Counted from the stretch's first letter, positions 18,324 to 28,387 are shown. The stretch is 64,000 nucleotides of DNA from Thermoplasmata archaeon (GCA_041476045.1 JBGOSQ010000001.1:8846-72845), one strand, 5' to 3'. Numbers and translations: made by a program. The notes: a model not told the origin generated them from the letters alone.

Positions 18324-20813
18324 TCAGGGCCGGCTCGCCGCGGATCCGCGGCCCCGCCATCGCCGGGAGGCGTCGTCGAGCTCCCGCGGGTCGACGCCCG
18401 GGCCGAGCAGACGTTCGAATCCCGCCCGCCCCACCTCCCAGTAGGTCCCCTGCTCGTCGCGATCGGAACGGAGCAGGACCCCTTCCTCGCGCAAGCGCCG
18501 GCCGAGCGACCGTACCTCTTCGCCCGGCGGATCGAAGATCGCGCGGAGTTCGTCGAGGAGGATCCGGACCGCAACGCCGTTCTCCGAGTCCAGGATCTCG
18601 GACCAGATCGCGAGGATCATCGTGCGCAAGACCGGCACCAGCCCCGGTCGGAGGCCGGTTTCGGTAGTCGTGGCGCCAATGCTCGCGGGAACGGCAGCGG
18701 TCTCGATCGCCGAACGAGGGAGAAACCGGGAGGCGGCGTCGCGCACTGCCTCGAAGCGTGAGTCCCGATCGTCCGGCGCCCGTTCGACCGGCGGATCGGT
18801 CCGGACGACGAGGACGCGTTCTCCCTTCCCCAGCAACGCGATGGCGTGGCCTGGGGGTTGTGACCAGAACGCTTCGGGGCGGAGCCGCGGGAGCATCCGG
18901 CCGAGGTCTCGAGCATCCGTCGGGGACCCGCGGAACACGAGGAAGTCCGCCACGTTCGTCTGCACGGCCATCCGGACCGCCTCCGGCAGACTGTCGAGCG
19001 ACTGGGTGGCCATCCAGACGTGCAGGTTCGCCCGCCTACCGAGACGGAGCATCTCCGCGACGGAGTCGTGGGCGTACCACTGCACCTCGTCCAAGATGAG
19101 AAAGGTCTTGCTCGCATCCGGCGACGCGAGTCGCTCGCTCCAGAACAGCGCGAGGTACACCGCGAGCAGGTAGCGAGCGGCGTCCTCGCCGACGATCGCG
19201 GCGTCGCCGGTGAGAACGGTGATGCGCCCCGGGGCGAACATCTCCGCTACCCGGAACCGCGCCGTCGGATCGCCGAGCATCGAGCGGAGGACCGCTCGAT
19301 CGACGAGCTCGGCGAGCAGCCGGCGGCTTCCGTCGACCTCCTCGGGACGCTCGCGGACCCGCGCCGCCAGCTCCTCGAACGCCTCGAGGGCCTCGTCGGG
19401 GACGCCGACCGGACGACGGGACGCCGTCGTGAGAAGACGGGGGAGGTCGGCGAGCGTGGCCCCTGGGAGGAGCGCCGCGGCGCGCAGCGTCGCCCGAACG
19501 GTTTCCTCGATACGGGGGCCCCAGAACGCCGTCTCCGTGAACCGTCCGGCGCGGATCCGTCGCAGCGCCGATACGAGATCGCTCACGCACCGGTCGGCGG
19601 AGGCCGGGGTCCGACCCGAGCTGCGCAGGGCGGCCAAGAGGTCCAACGCCACCGGGCTCGAATGAGGAGAGATCCAGACGACGTTCGCGACGTGTCGGGC
19701 CGGAAGGGAGGCGAGGAAGGCCCGACCGGTGTCCCCGACCGGATCGAACAGCACGACGTTGCCGGAGCCGAGCGAGGACCGGGCGAGCCGGATCAGGACC
19801 GAGCTCTTGCCCATTCCGGTCTCTCCCAGCACGATCGCGTGACGCCCCTGACCGGGCGCGACGGGGAGCTCCGCGAGGTTCCCGGCCGAGTCGCGTCCGA
19901 ACGCGATGGGACGGCCGCCGGCCGCCGGCGAACGCGGTTCGGACACGTACCATGTGGATGGAGAGGGGAGCACACCGAGGATCTCCGGCTCGCTGAGCAG
20001 GAATATCGGAGGGGGAAGGGCGAGAAGAGGGAAGGGTCGTCGGAACCGAACGCGGCCCCGGCTTCCCCGAGCGGAGGCGAGGGCGACGACGGAGCACCAT
20101 CGGTCCGTGTCGGTAACGCGGATGCGGGGATCGGTCACATCGACGACCAGTTCCGTGGCCCACGTGGGCGCGAGGCGTGCCTCCGCATCGAGGTCGCGAG
20201 CTTCTCGCTCCGGCCCGGTGAGGTTCTGAAGACGAAAGCCCGGCGGCTGACGGCGGCCCTCGAGCTCGGGAGATTGTTCCCCTATGAGGATCGGTGTTCC
20301 TGCGGGACGCGAGCGCCATCTCGTTCGCAGGCCCGGCGGGAACGTCGGAAGGGCTGCCACGGCGGCATCGGTCCACGAACCTCGCTCTCCTCCCCCGAGC
20401 AGGAGGATCCCTCCGGTCGATACGCCGTAGCGGGGTGCTCCGACACCGAGCGCGTCCTCGACATCGACGGTCCGGGGTCGCCACTGGCCCAGCTCGAACG
20501 CCGGCGACAGAAGCCGCGAGATCCACTGACGGCTCGCGGGGTCCCCGCCCCGCAGGACCACCTCGGCTCCCGGACCGGAGGACCAGCGGAGCTCGAAGGC
20601 GACCCCCATCGCATGCCCGGCGCGCAGGGCGTTCGGCCGGGCTGCGGCCCCGTCCGTCTCGAGCTCTTTGGCGGAACCGATACGGGGCGAGAAGACCCAC
20701 TCGGTCGTGGATTGGGAGCTCACGCGGCGGGCACGGAGCCCTCGCCCGAGTTCATTGTCGACCCCGTGAGCGATGAACGCTGGCGGTAGTCGTCCGACCT
20801 TCGCCACCCTCAA
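18324..20813 (-). CDS. HerA/FtsK-like P-loop ATPase (DUF87/AAA_10 type) with large N-terminal region and C-terminal wHTH-like tail
   Basis: Walker A HAIVLGETGMGKSS; Walker B FLILDEVQ; ATQSLDSLP motif typical of HerA/VirB4/TraD-type ATPases. Exact start uncertain. Confidence 0.55.
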   Translation of the reverse strand: MRVAKVGRLPPAFIAHGVDNELGRGLRARRVSSQSTTEWVFSPRIGSAKELETDGAAARPNALRAGHAMGVAFELRWSSGPGAEVVLRGGDPASRQWISRLLSPAFELGQWRPRTVDVEDALGVGAPRYGVSTGGILLLGGGERGSWTDAAVAALPTFPPGLRTRWRSRPAGTPILIGEQSPELEGRRQPPGFRLQNLTGPEREARDLDAEARLAPTWATELVVDVTDPRIRVTDTDRWCSVVALASARGSRGRVRFRRPFPLLALPPPIFLLSEPEILGVLPSPSTWYVSEPRSPAAGGRPIAFGRDSAGNLAELPVAPGQGRHAIVLGETGMGKSSVLIRLARSSLGSGNVVLFDPVGDTGRAFLASLPARHVANVVWISPHSSPVALDLLAALRSSGRTPASADRCVSDLVSALRRIRAGRFTETAFWGPRIEETVRATLRAAALLPGATLADLPRLLTTASRRPVGVPDEALEAFEELAARVRERPEEVDGSRRLLAELVDRAVLRSMLGDPTARFRVAEMFAPGRITVLTGDAAIVGEDAARYLLAVYLALFWSERLASPDASKTFLILDEVQWYAHDSVAEMLRLGRRANLHVWMATQSLDSLPEAVRMAVQTNVADFLVFRGSPTDARDLGRMLPRLRPEAFWSQPPGHAIALLGKGERVLVVRTDPPVERAPDDRDSRFEAVRDAASRFLPRSAIETAAVPASIGATTTETGLRPGLVPVLRTMILAIWSEILDSENGVAVRILLDELRAIFDPPGEEVRSLGRRLREEGVLLRSDRDEQGTYWEVGRAGFERLLGPGVDPRELDDASRRWRGRGSAASRP

Positions 20814-20851
20814 GTAGGAAGGCTCTTCCCTTTCGCCCTGGGTGAGCTGCC

Positions 20852-21970
20852 GTGTCGTCCCTCGAGGAGCAGATCACTGCGGTCGAGGACGAGATCCGCA
20901 ATACCCAGTACAATAAGGCGACCCAGCACCACATCGGTCGGCTTCGCGCTAAGCTTGCCTACTTGCGGATCGAGCGCGAGAAGCGGGCCGCTGGCAAGGG
21001 CGGCGGTACCGGTTACGCGGTTCGAAAGTCCGGGCACGCCACCGTCGGACTGGTCGGGTATCCCTCGGTCGGAAAGTCCACGCTTCTCACCCAGCTCACC
21101 GGAGTGGCGAGCGAGGCGGGAGCGTACGACTTCACGACGCTCTCGATCATCCCGGGCATGATGCGCTGGGGCGGTGCGTCGATCCAGATCCTCGACATGC
21201 CCGGGCTCGTGCCCGGCGCCGCCAAGGGCCGGGGCCGCGGACGCGAGGTCCTTTCCGTCGTACGATCGGCGGACCTGGTGATCTTCCTGATCGATCCGGA
21301 GCACTCGGACTTCAAGGCGCTCTACAACGAGCTCGAAGGCGCCGGCGTCCGCATCAATACCCGCCCGCCGAAGATCGTCATCACGCACGCCGAACGAGGG
21401 GGCCTCACCATTTCGAGCACGGTCCGGCTCACCCACCTGGGTGGTGGCCTCGCCGTCCAGATCGCTCGCGAGTTCGGCGTCCACAACGGCTCGATCGTCT
21501 TCCGCGAGGACGCGACAGCGGAGCAACTGATCGATGCCCTCGCCGGCAACCGGGTCTACCTCAAGGCGATCCTCGGGGTGAACAAGAGCGAGCTCTTCCC
21601 CGCCGACGGTCGGACGCGCGTCCGGGCACAGGTGCGGCCGTTCACGCCGCTGTTCATCTCCGCGCGCACCCGCGAGGGACTCCCGGAGCTCATTCGGGCT
21701 ATCGGGGAGACGCTTGCGTTCATCCGGATCTACGTCAAGCCGCCAGGCCTGCCCCCCGATCGCGAGGAGCCCGTGATCTTGCGACGGGGGCAGCGCGTGG
21801 ACGATCTCCTGAAGCGTCTTCCTACCGAGTTGGACCACGCGTTCAAGTCGGCCCAGATCTGGGGACCGAGCGCGCGCTTTCCCGGTCAGACCGTCGGCCG
21901 CGACCACGTCCTCGCCGACGAGGATGTCGTGACCGTCGTCATCCAGCGCGGGGCGCGCGTCGCGGCGTAG
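20852..21970 (+). CDS. developmentally regulated GTP-binding protein (DRG, Obg family with TGS domain)
   Basis: VGLVGYPSVGKSTLL G1 box, DMPGLV; C-terminal TGS domain; GTG start after GGGTGAG. Confidence 0.8.
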   Translation: MSSLEEQITAVEDEIRNTQYNKATQHHIGRLRAKLAYLRIEREKRAAGKGGGTGYAVRKSGHATVGLVGYPSVGKSTLLTQLTGVASEAGAYDFTTLSIIPGMMRWGGASIQILDMPGLVPGAAKGRGRGREVLSVVRSADLVIFLIDPEHSDFKALYNELEGAGVRINTRPPKIVITHAERGGLTISSTVRLTHLGGGLAVQIAREFGVHNGSIVFREDATAEQLIDALAGNRVYLKAILGVNKSELFPADGRTRVRAQVRPFTPLFISARTREGLPELIRAIGETLAFIRIYVKPPGLPPDREEPVILRRGQRVDDLLKRLPTELDHAFKSAQIWGPSARFPGQTVGRDHVLADEDVVTVVIQRGARVAA

Positions 21971-22700
21971 TCGACGGCCCCGACGGCTCGGACCGGAAGA
22001 GCCGTCGGACCGGCGCCCCGGCGAGGAGGAAGTGTCGCTTGTGGAACGGCTCCAACCCGATCGGGTGATCGACCTCGAGGAATCGCGAGAGCGACGCGAC
22101 CGCCGCCTCGAGGTGCTCGCGCGGATCGCGTTCGCGACCCATGCTTGCGGTCTTGAGCGCGAGCAGGACCGTCCCGTCCGGTCGGAGGAACCGGCGGGCG
22201 TTCGCCTCGAGGATCTCCACCTGGTCCGGCTGGGATACGTCCGCGTAGATCGCGTCGACCGCCCGCACGTCGCCCGCATAATCCTCGGGGTGGCGCGCGT
22301 CCGCGAACAGGGGCAGGACGTTGGGGTAGCGCTCGGCCAGCCCGAGGAGCCGGGCGAACGGTCGCAGGCTCCGCTCGACGGCGTAGACCCGACCCCGGTC
22401 CCCGACGAGATCCGCGATGTGCGACGCCGTGGTCCCGCTCGCGGCGCCGAGGTAGAGCCATCGGTCGCCCGGTCGGGGGAGCCGCCCGTCGTACCCGCGG
22501 ACGAGCGCAGCGGCGAGCTTGCTCCGACCGGGCTCCCACCGACGGAGCGTCGTCTCGCCGTCGTCGATCCAACGTTCGCCGTACACCGGCGCGTCGCCGG
22601 TGACGACCGTCGCGGTGAAGAAGACCGCTCGACGGTCCTCGTCGCGGCGGAAGAGTCGGGGCGCGTCCGGTACCGGTCGGAATCCCTTTCCCTCCCTCAT
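21939..22700 (-). CDS. flpA: fibrillarin-like rRNA/tRNA 2'-O-methyltransferase
   Basis: Fibrillarin motifs (RSKLAAAL; VLYLGAASGTTASH; DVSQPDQ); immediately downstream of nop5. Confidence 0.85.
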   Translation of the reverse strand: MREGKGFRPVPDAPRLFRRDEDRRAVFFTATVVTGDAPVYGERWIDDGETTLRRWEPGRSKLAAALVRGYDGRLPRPGDRWLYLGAASGTTASHIADLVGDRGRVYAVERSLRPFARLLGLAERYPNVLPLFADARHPEDYAGDVRAVDAIYADVSQPDQVEILEANARRFLRPDGTVLLALKTASMGRERDPREHLEAAVASLSRFLEVDHPIGLEPFHKRHFLLAGAPVRRLFRSEPSGPSTTPRRAPRAG

Positions 22701-23614
22701 CGCCGTCGCCTCAGTCGCTCGATCCGTCGATCGCGCCGCAGGACGAGAAGGTCACCGAGATCGCGATGCGTGAGCGCGTCGGCACGCGCGGCGATCACGG
22801 CGAGAGCGGCCAAGCTCCGCGCATAGCGTCCCTGGCGGTCGCGCGGGACGTCGGCCATCCGCGACGCTCGGAAGAGGAGGCCGAACCGCGGGCCTCGACC
22901 CCCGCCGGGCCGTCGTCGCGATCCGATGATCTGCAGCCGAGAGGCCGTGACGCGCGCGAGCGCGGCCCTACTTCCCGTGGCGGCGACCAGCCGCGCCGCA
23001 ACGCGCGGGCCGACCAGCCGCCCCAAATTCGGAACGGTGCGGGTGACGAGGAGTTCGAGGCGCGCGAACAGCCGTTCGTGGTGCTCGCCGATGGTCGCGC
23101 GCTCGACGGCCCAGTCCCGCGAGTACTCCGCGAGAGGCCCGGAGGCCGCAGAGAGGAACTGCTCGGCCGCTCCCGACTCGCGGTTCACGGAACGTTCGAC
23201 CCGTTCCTCCTCGCGGGCGAGCGCGATCAGGGCCTCCTCGTCCGAGGCGAGCGCCTCCTGGACCCGCTGGCGCGCGAGGCCGATCAGGAATCGGCGCTCG
23301 ACATCGGGGGCGATCGCGGGCACGTTCGCGAGCGCGCTTCGTTCCTCCTCGAGGGTGGGAACGCGAACAGAGAGCCCCACCCGCTCCAGGGCGGCGCGCA
23401 GATCCGGGTCCACGCAGGCGATGGACCCCCCCGGCGACGTTCCCGTGCGAACGACACGGACCAGCTCGACCGGGAGCCCGTCGGCGTACTTGCGGCCCAC
23501 CCGGGTCGCCGCCCCCTCCGGAGTGTCGGCGAGAGCGAACGTGGCGACGGGGGGGCCGCCGGACTCCACGCGATAGACCGAGGGTCCCGCGCGCACCAGG
23601 ACGGCGCCGACCAC
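22697..23614 (-). CDS. nop5: box C/D snoRNP protein Nop5 (Nop56/58 homolog)
   Basis: Nop domain (RFGLLFRASRMADVPRDRQGRYARSLAALAVIAARAD); ATGA overlap with flpA. Confidence 0.8.
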   Translation of the reverse strand: MVGAVLVRAGPSVYRVESGGPPVATFALADTPEGAATRVGRKYADGLPVELVRVVRTGTSPGGSIACVDPDLRAALERVGLSVRVPTLEEERSALANVPAIAPDVERRFLIGLARQRVQEALASDEEALIALAREEERVERSVNRESGAAEQFLSAASGPLAEYSRDWAVERATIGEHHERLFARLELLVTRTVPNLGRLVGPRVAARLVAATGSRAALARVTASRLQIIGSRRRPGGGRGPRFGLLFRASRMADVPRDRQGRYARSLAALAVIAARADALTHRDLGDLLVLRRDRRIERLRRRR

Positions 23615-23617
23615 CCG

Positions 23618-25024
23618 CTAGAACTCCTCGAGCGACCTCTGGAAACGGCGGTGCTCTTCGGGCACCTCGACGGGGTACCGGCCCGAGAGGCACCCCATGC
23701 AGAGGTGCTCTTCCTTGATCCCGATCGAGGCGACGAGCCCGGCGGTCGAGAGGTAGTGGACGGAGTCCGCGCCGATCGTCTGTGCGACCTCCTCTTCCGT
23801 GCGCCCGGCGGCGACGAGCTGCTTTCTATCCTTCATGTCGATCCCGAAGTAGCAGGGGGCCACGATCGGCGGGCAGCCGATCCGGACATCGACGCGCGTC
23901 GCGCCGGCGCCGCGCACCATCACGACGATCTCCCGTAGCGTCGTGCCGCGGACGATGGAATCGTCGAGGAGCACGACGCGCCGGCCCTTGAGGAGGCCGG
24001 GAACCGGGTGGAGCTTCACGCGCACCTCTTCCTCTCGGCGCTTCTGGTCGGGGAGGATGAAGGTGCGCTCGACGAACCGGTTCTTGATCAGCCCCTCAGC
24101 GTACGGGATCCCCGAGACCTCGGAGAAGCCGAGCGCCTGGGGACGCGACGAGTCCGGGACCGGCATCACCACATCGGCCTGGACGGGGCTCTCGCGCGCG
24201 AGCTGCTGGCCGATCCGGTGGCGCACGTCGTAGATCGCCTTCCCCTCCATGACCGAGTCGGGGCGGGAGAAGTAGACGAACTCGAACATGCAATGCGCGC
24301 GCTCGCCCGTGACGGGCATCGAGGAGGTGTGCGCGAGCTGCCCCTTCTCGAGGACGACGACCTCGCCGGGGTTGACGTCGCGGAGCAGGTGGTCGCCCAT
24401 GAGCTCGATAGCGATCGACTCGCTCGCCACGGCGACGCCCGAGTCGAGGGTTCCCAGCACGAGCGGGCGAATCCCCATCGGATCGCGGAACGCGATCACG
24501 CGGCTCCCCACGACCATCACGACAGCGTAGCCGCCGATGAGCTCGGTCGACGCGCGTCGCACCGCGGCCTCGATGTCCCGCGTTCGGCCGTACTCGACCG
24601 CGATCATCTGGGCCATCGTCTCCGAGTCCGCGCTGCCGAGGAACTCGACCCCCTGCGACTGGAGGCGGCGCCGGACGCGCTCGTAGTTCACGATGTCGCC
24701 GTTGTGGGCGAGCGCTCCCTCCTCGTCGCGGAGTTTCACCAGGAGCGGCTGGGCGTTCTCGAGATCGGAGCTGCCCGTCGTCGAGTAGCGCGTGTGGCCG
24801 ATCCCGACGCTCCCGCGGAGCGAGTCCAGGATCTCGGTCGAGAAGATGTCGTGGACGAGCCCCATCCCCTTCCGATGATGGAGGACCCCATGCGAGCTCG
24901 TCGCGATGCCCGCGGACTCCTGTCCGCGGTGCTGGAGCGCCCGAAGTCCCCGATAGATGTACGGGGCCGCGCCCTTCGCGTTGACCGATACCCCCACGAC
25001 GCCGCAGAACTCGCGTGGGGGCAT
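23618..25024 (-). CDS. purF: amidophosphoribosyltransferase
   Basis: N-terminal CGVVGV nucleophile, PRTase motif (VVLLDDSIVRGTT), 468 aa. Confidence 0.9.
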   Translation of the reverse strand: MPPREFCGVVGVSVNAKGAAPYIYRGLRALQHRGQESAGIATSSHGVLHHRKGMGLVHDIFSTEILDSLRGSVGIGHTRYSTTGSSDLENAQPLLVKLRDEEGALAHNGDIVNYERVRRRLQSQGVEFLGSADSETMAQMIAVEYGRTRDIEAAVRRASTELIGGYAVVMVVGSRVIAFRDPMGIRPLVLGTLDSGVAVASESIAIELMGDHLLRDVNPGEVVVLEKGQLAHTSSMPVTGERAHCMFEFVYFSRPDSVMEGKAIYDVRHRIGQQLARESPVQADVVMPVPDSSRPQALGFSEVSGIPYAEGLIKNRFVERTFILPDQKRREEEVRVKLHPVPGLLKGRRVVLLDDSIVRGTTLREIVVMVRGAGATRVDVRIGCPPIVAPCYFGIDMKDRKQLVAAGRTEEEVAQTIGADSVHYLSTAGLVASIGIKEEHLCMGCLSGRYPVEVPEEHRRFQRSLEEF

Positions 25025-25101
25025 GACTCGGGCCGGTCGGGGCCTCCGGCCCGAGTCACCTTGTAATGGGTTTTAAGGACGCGCCTGCCGGTGGCGTCGA
25101 G

Positions 25102-25416
25102 TTAACCGAAGAGCGCCGAAAGTCCCTCGGCCGCCTCTTCCTCGGAGACGCCCTTCTCTTCCTTCTTCTCCTCTTCCTTCTTCTCGCCCTTGCCTTCCTT
25201 CTTCTCGGCCGGAGCAGCGGCCGCGGCGGGAGCCGCGAACGTCTCGGCCTTTGCGAGGACGTCCGTCAGGTTGACGCCCTCCAAGGAGGCGAGGAGCGCC
25301 TTCACGCGCGCGGTGTCCGTCTTGACCCCAGCGGCGTTCAGAACGCCCGTCAGTCCCTTCTCGTCGATCGGCTTGCCGGCGGCATTGAGCAACAGCGCCC
25401 CATACACGTATTCCAT
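25102..25416 (-). CDS. rpl12: ribosomal protein P1 (archaeal L12)
   Basis: [10 protein letters not shown]...[12 protein letters not shown]...ALFG acidic stalk-protein tail. Confidence 0.85.
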   Translation of the reverse strand: MEYVYGALLLNAAGKPIDEKGLTGVLNAAGVKTDTARVKALLASLEGVNLTDVLAKAETFAAPAAAAAPAEKKEGKGEKKEEEKKEEKGVSEEEAAEGLSALFG

Positions 25417-25447
25417 GGTGTTCCCTCCGTTATTCTCGGGTGGACGT

Positions 25448-26305
25448 TCAGGTCTCCAGGCTCTTCAACGCCATCGCCTCGCGCAGGGCGCGGGCGAGGA
25501 GCGGGGTGATCGTTTCCTTGGTCGCGTACCCGGCGGCCACGGCGAGCGCGAGGGCGCGTCGGTGGGCGCGCGTCACGAGCAGTGGGAGCGTCATCGGGGT
25601 CGCGTAGCCGATCTCGAGCGCGAGACCCAGGGCGCGGCGGTGGGCCGCCGCGATCTGGGCGCGGCGCGAATCCAGATCGACGGAGAGGATCGAGGGCGGG
25701 TAGAACGTGCCCCCCTCGACGACGGCGCGAAGCTCGAGGCCCACCTCGAGGGGGAGGATATCGAGGCGCGTGAGCAGGCCGGCGACCTCGCGCGAGATCG
25801 GCTGGCCCGCCTTGACGATCGTGACGTCCTTCTTGAGGACGACCTTCCCCTTCTCGATCGCCGCGGGGAACCCCGCGTGCTGGAGCTCGCCGACGATGGG
25901 GCCGGGTTTGAAGCTCGTCGTCTGCGCCGGGACGAAGATGTCCTTGGGCGCGAGCTCGCCGCCCCGGGCGGGGGTGGGCGACCGGGTCCGGTAGAGCTCC
26001 TGGAAGAGGCTGAACGGATTCCCCTCGGCGGCGAGGAGCGCGGTCTGATCGTTGAGATGTTCCAGGAGGGGCGCGAGGGAGGGCGACTCCTGGGCGGCGC
26101 CCTCGAGGGCGTGCCGGAGCGCGCTGTTGGGGACGACGAGGATCGGGTGTCCTCGGCTTCGGAGCTCGCGTCGCATCTTCTGCAACGCGCTCGCCGGAAC
26201 GCCGCGCAACCCGATGAGGGCCGTCATCGGTGCGGCGAGAACGGTCGCGCGCAACTGCCGGACGCGCTCCTTCTTCTCCTCACGGACCGACTCGCGACCG
26301 GGCAT
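25448..26305 (-). CDS. rplP0: ribosomal protein P0 (L10)
   Basis: L10/P0 N-terminal domain followed by a stalk-binding helix region; conserved position between L1 and P1. Confidence 0.85.
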   Translation of the reverse strand: MPGRESVREEKKERVRQLRATVLAAPMTALIGLRGVPASALQKMRRELRSRGHPILVVPNSALRHALEGAAQESPSLAPLLEHLNDQTALLAAEGNPFSLFQELYRTRSPTPARGGELAPKDIFVPAQTTSFKPGPIVGELQHAGFPAAIEKGKVVLKKDVTIVKAGQPISREVAGLLTRLDILPLEVGLELRAVVEGGTFYPPSILSVDLDSRRAQIAAAHRRALGLALEIGYATPMTLPLLVTRAHRRALALAVAAGYATKETITPLLARALREAMALKSLET

Positions 26306-26320
26306 GCTCGTTACCGTCCT

Positions 26321-26959
26321 TTACCAGAGGCGGACCGAGGGTCCCATCGAGGTCTTCACGTACACGGATTCGATGTTGAGCTTGCCGCGCTCGAGCTTGC
26401 CGACGATACGGGTCAGCACCGCGTCGACGTTCTGGGCGATCTGGTCCGGCGGCATCGAACGCATGCCGACGGCGGCGTGGAAGGTGCGGTTGCCCTTCGA
26501 CCGGACGCGGATGGATTTCTTGAGGGCGTTGATGAGGCTCGTGGGATCGCTCCCCGGCGGCACGGGGCGCGGCATCTTCCCGCGCGGACCGAGCACGACG
26601 CCGAGCCGCTTTCCGATCGTCGGCATGAGCGGGGCCTCGGCCAGGAAGAAGTCGATCTCGCTCACCAGCTTCTTCGCTGCCTTCTTGTCCTTCATGAGCT
26701 CGTCGAGGTCCGCCGTCGTGAAGACGCGGTCGGCGACGCCCTTGACGCGCTGGCAAAGCTCGGGACTTCCGAAGAGGGCGATCTTCACCGGACGACCGCG
26801 GCCGTTCGGCAGCGGCACCTCGTCCTCGAGCCGGTTCTTGGGGATGCTCAGATCGAGATCCTTGAGGTTGATCGCGAGCTCGACGCTCTCGGTGAACCCC
26901 CGGGGGGGAGCCTTCCCGACGAGCTCGTTGACCACGTCGATCGCCGTGCGTTCCGCCAT
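26321..26959 (-). CDS. rpl1: ribosomal protein L1
   Basis: L1 family motifs (VELAINLK; GKMPRPVPPGSD). MAERTAIDVV ATG chosen over the upstream ORF start. Confidence 0.85.
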   Translation of the reverse strand: MAERTAIDVVNELVGKAPPRGFTESVELAINLKDLDLSIPKNRLEDEVPLPNGRGRPVKIALFGSPELCQRVKGVADRVFTTADLDELMKDKKAAKKLVSEIDFFLAEAPLMPTIGKRLGVVLGPRGKMPRPVPPGSDPTSLINALKKSIRVRSKGNRTFHAAVGMRSMPPDQIAQNVDAVLTRIVGKLERGKLNIESVYVKTSMGPSVRLW

Positions 26960-27087
26960 CGTTGACGACCCAAGCGCGGCCGCCGAGCAGGCACCCGTAG
27001 ATAAAGCTTGAGGAACTCTGGGACGCGTTCCCACCGCCGAGCGGCGGCGAAGATTCTCGTGCGGGTTCGAGCACGAAAATCTGCCCT

Positions 27088-27100
27088 TAAGCCTATATAC
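27088..27100 (+). promoter_or_regulatory. TATA box (TTAAGCCTATATAC) about 24 nt upstream of the rpl44e ATG; leaderless-type promoter
   Basis: AT-rich TATA-like element in otherwise 70% GC DNA, correctly spaced for an archaeal promoter. Confidence 0.45.
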
Positions 27101-27122
27101 GTAACCCGGTTCGGCGGCCCGA

Positions 27123-27407
27123 ATGCACTACCCCAAGGTCGTCTCGACCTACTGTCCGAAGTGCCGGACCCACACGGCGCACGAGGTCGAGAAGAGCAAG
27201 AAGCGGCCCGCGTCGGAGCTCAAGTGGGGCCAGCGCCGGTTCCGTCGTGCGACCTCCGGATACGGCGGCTTCCCGAGGCCTAAGCCCGAGGGCCGGGCGA
27301 AGGCGGTGCGCCGGGTCTGGCTCAAGTACCGCTGCAAGAAGTGCAAGTTCACGGTCCAACCCGCCAGCTGGCGCGCGAGCCAGCTCGAGCTCGTGGAGCA
27401 CCGGTAA
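27123..27407 (+). CDS. rpl44e: ribosomal protein L44e (eL42)
   Basis: CPKCRTHTAH...CKKCKF zinc-ribbon L44e. Confidence 0.85.
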   Translation: MHYPKVVSTYCPKCRTHTAHEVEKSKKRPASELKWGQRRFRRATSGYGGFPRPKPEGRAKAVRRVWLKYRCKKCKFTVQPASWRASQLELVEHR

Positions 27408-27414
27408 CCGGACC

Positions 27415-27591
27415 ATGCGCGAAGCAGTACCCTTCTGGATCGTCAAGTGCCCGGACTGTTCCGGCGAGCAGACGATCTTCAGCCGGCCCGCCACGACCGT
27501 GAACTGTTCGGTCTGCGGGGCCACGCTCGCGACGCCGACCGGCGGCAAGGCCGCCCTCCGCGGCGAGTTCGTCCGCGCGGCGTCGGACTAG
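27415..27591 (+). CDS. rps27e: ribosomal protein S27e
   Basis: VKCPDCSGEQTIF...CSVCG C4 zinc finger of S27e; internal ATG of ORF 27247..27591. Confidence 0.8.
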   Translation: MREAVPFWIVKCPDCSGEQTIFSRPATTVNCSVCGATLATPTGGKAALRGEFVRAASD

Positions 27592-27610
27592 CGCGGAGGA
27601 TTGCGGGAAC

Positions 27611-28387
27611 GTGTCGCTCCGGGGAGAGTACCCGGACGAGGGGGACCTCGTCGTCGGGACCGTCACCTCGATCCGCAATTTCGGTGCGTTCGTCACGCTC
27701 GACCAGTTCGCCAACCGGGAAGCGTTCATTCACCTGAGCGAGGTCGCGACCGGCTGGGTCAAGTACATCCGGGACCACATCCGCGAGGGTCAGAAGATCG
27801 TCGCGCGCGTCCTGCGCGTCGACCCCGCGAAGAGCCAGATCGATCTCTCGCTCAAGCGCATCAACGACCACCAGCGCCGCGAGATGATCCAGTCGTGGAA
27901 GAACGAGCAGCGCGCGATCCGTCTCCTCGGCCTGGTCGCCCAGGCGCTCAAGATCGAGGCCGACGCGACGCACCCGATGTTCGCCGAATCTCTCGTCGAG
28001 AAGTACGGCAGCCTCTTCGGCGCGTTCGAGGCGGCGTCGGCGGACCCGAAGAAGTTCCAGAAGGAGCACGGCAAGGCGCCGTGGGTCGCTCCGTTCCTCA
28101 AGATCGCGGAGGAGAACCTGGTCCCCCCGCATGTCGGGATCACGGGAACCCTCGAGGTCTCCGACACGTCGGTCCACGGATTGGAGCACGTCCGCGACGC
28201 GCTCCGCGCCGCCGAGGCCGTCGACCCGGAATCCGTGACGGTCCAGTACGTCGGCGCTCCGCGATACCGCGTCACGGTGGCGGGGGCGCAGTACAAGCAC
28301 GTCGAGGAGCTCCTCAAGAAGGCCTCCGAGGCCGCGCTGGCCAAGATCAAAGAGGCCGGCGGCCACGGGTCCTTCGAGCGCGCATGA
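27611..28387 (+). CDS. eif2a: translation initiation factor 2 alpha subunit
   Basis: S1 domain (GDLVVGTVTSIRNFGAFVTL...AFIHLSEV) plus helical and alpha/beta domains. Confidence 0.85.
   Translation: MSLRGEYPDEGDLVVGTVTSIRNFGAFVTLDQFANREAFIHLSEVATGWVKYIRDHIREGQKIVARVLRVDPAKSQIDLSLKRINDHQRREMIQSWKNEQRAIRLLGLVAQALKIEADATHPMFAESLVEKYGSLFGAFEAASADPKKFQKEHGKAPWVAPFLKIAEENLVPPHVGITGTLEVSDTSVHGLEHVRDALRAAEAVDPESVTVQYVGAPRYRVTVAGAQYKHVEELLKKASEAALAKIKEAGGHGSFERA

Noticed and set aside
16634-20700. ORFs 16634..18574(-), 17056..18123(+), 19020..20789(+) and 19036..20700(-)
   Set aside because: Alternative frames or antisense of the KaiC-like and HerA-like genes; no motifs, extreme Arg/Gly bias.
20810-22279. 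489-aa minus-strand ORF opposite DRG
   Set aside because: Antisense of a gene with unambiguous GTPase G1/G3 and TGS motifs.
25190-26965. 591-aa plus-strand ORF across the rpl12/rpl10/rpl1 region
   Set aside because: Antisense to three ribosomal protein genes with clear signatures.
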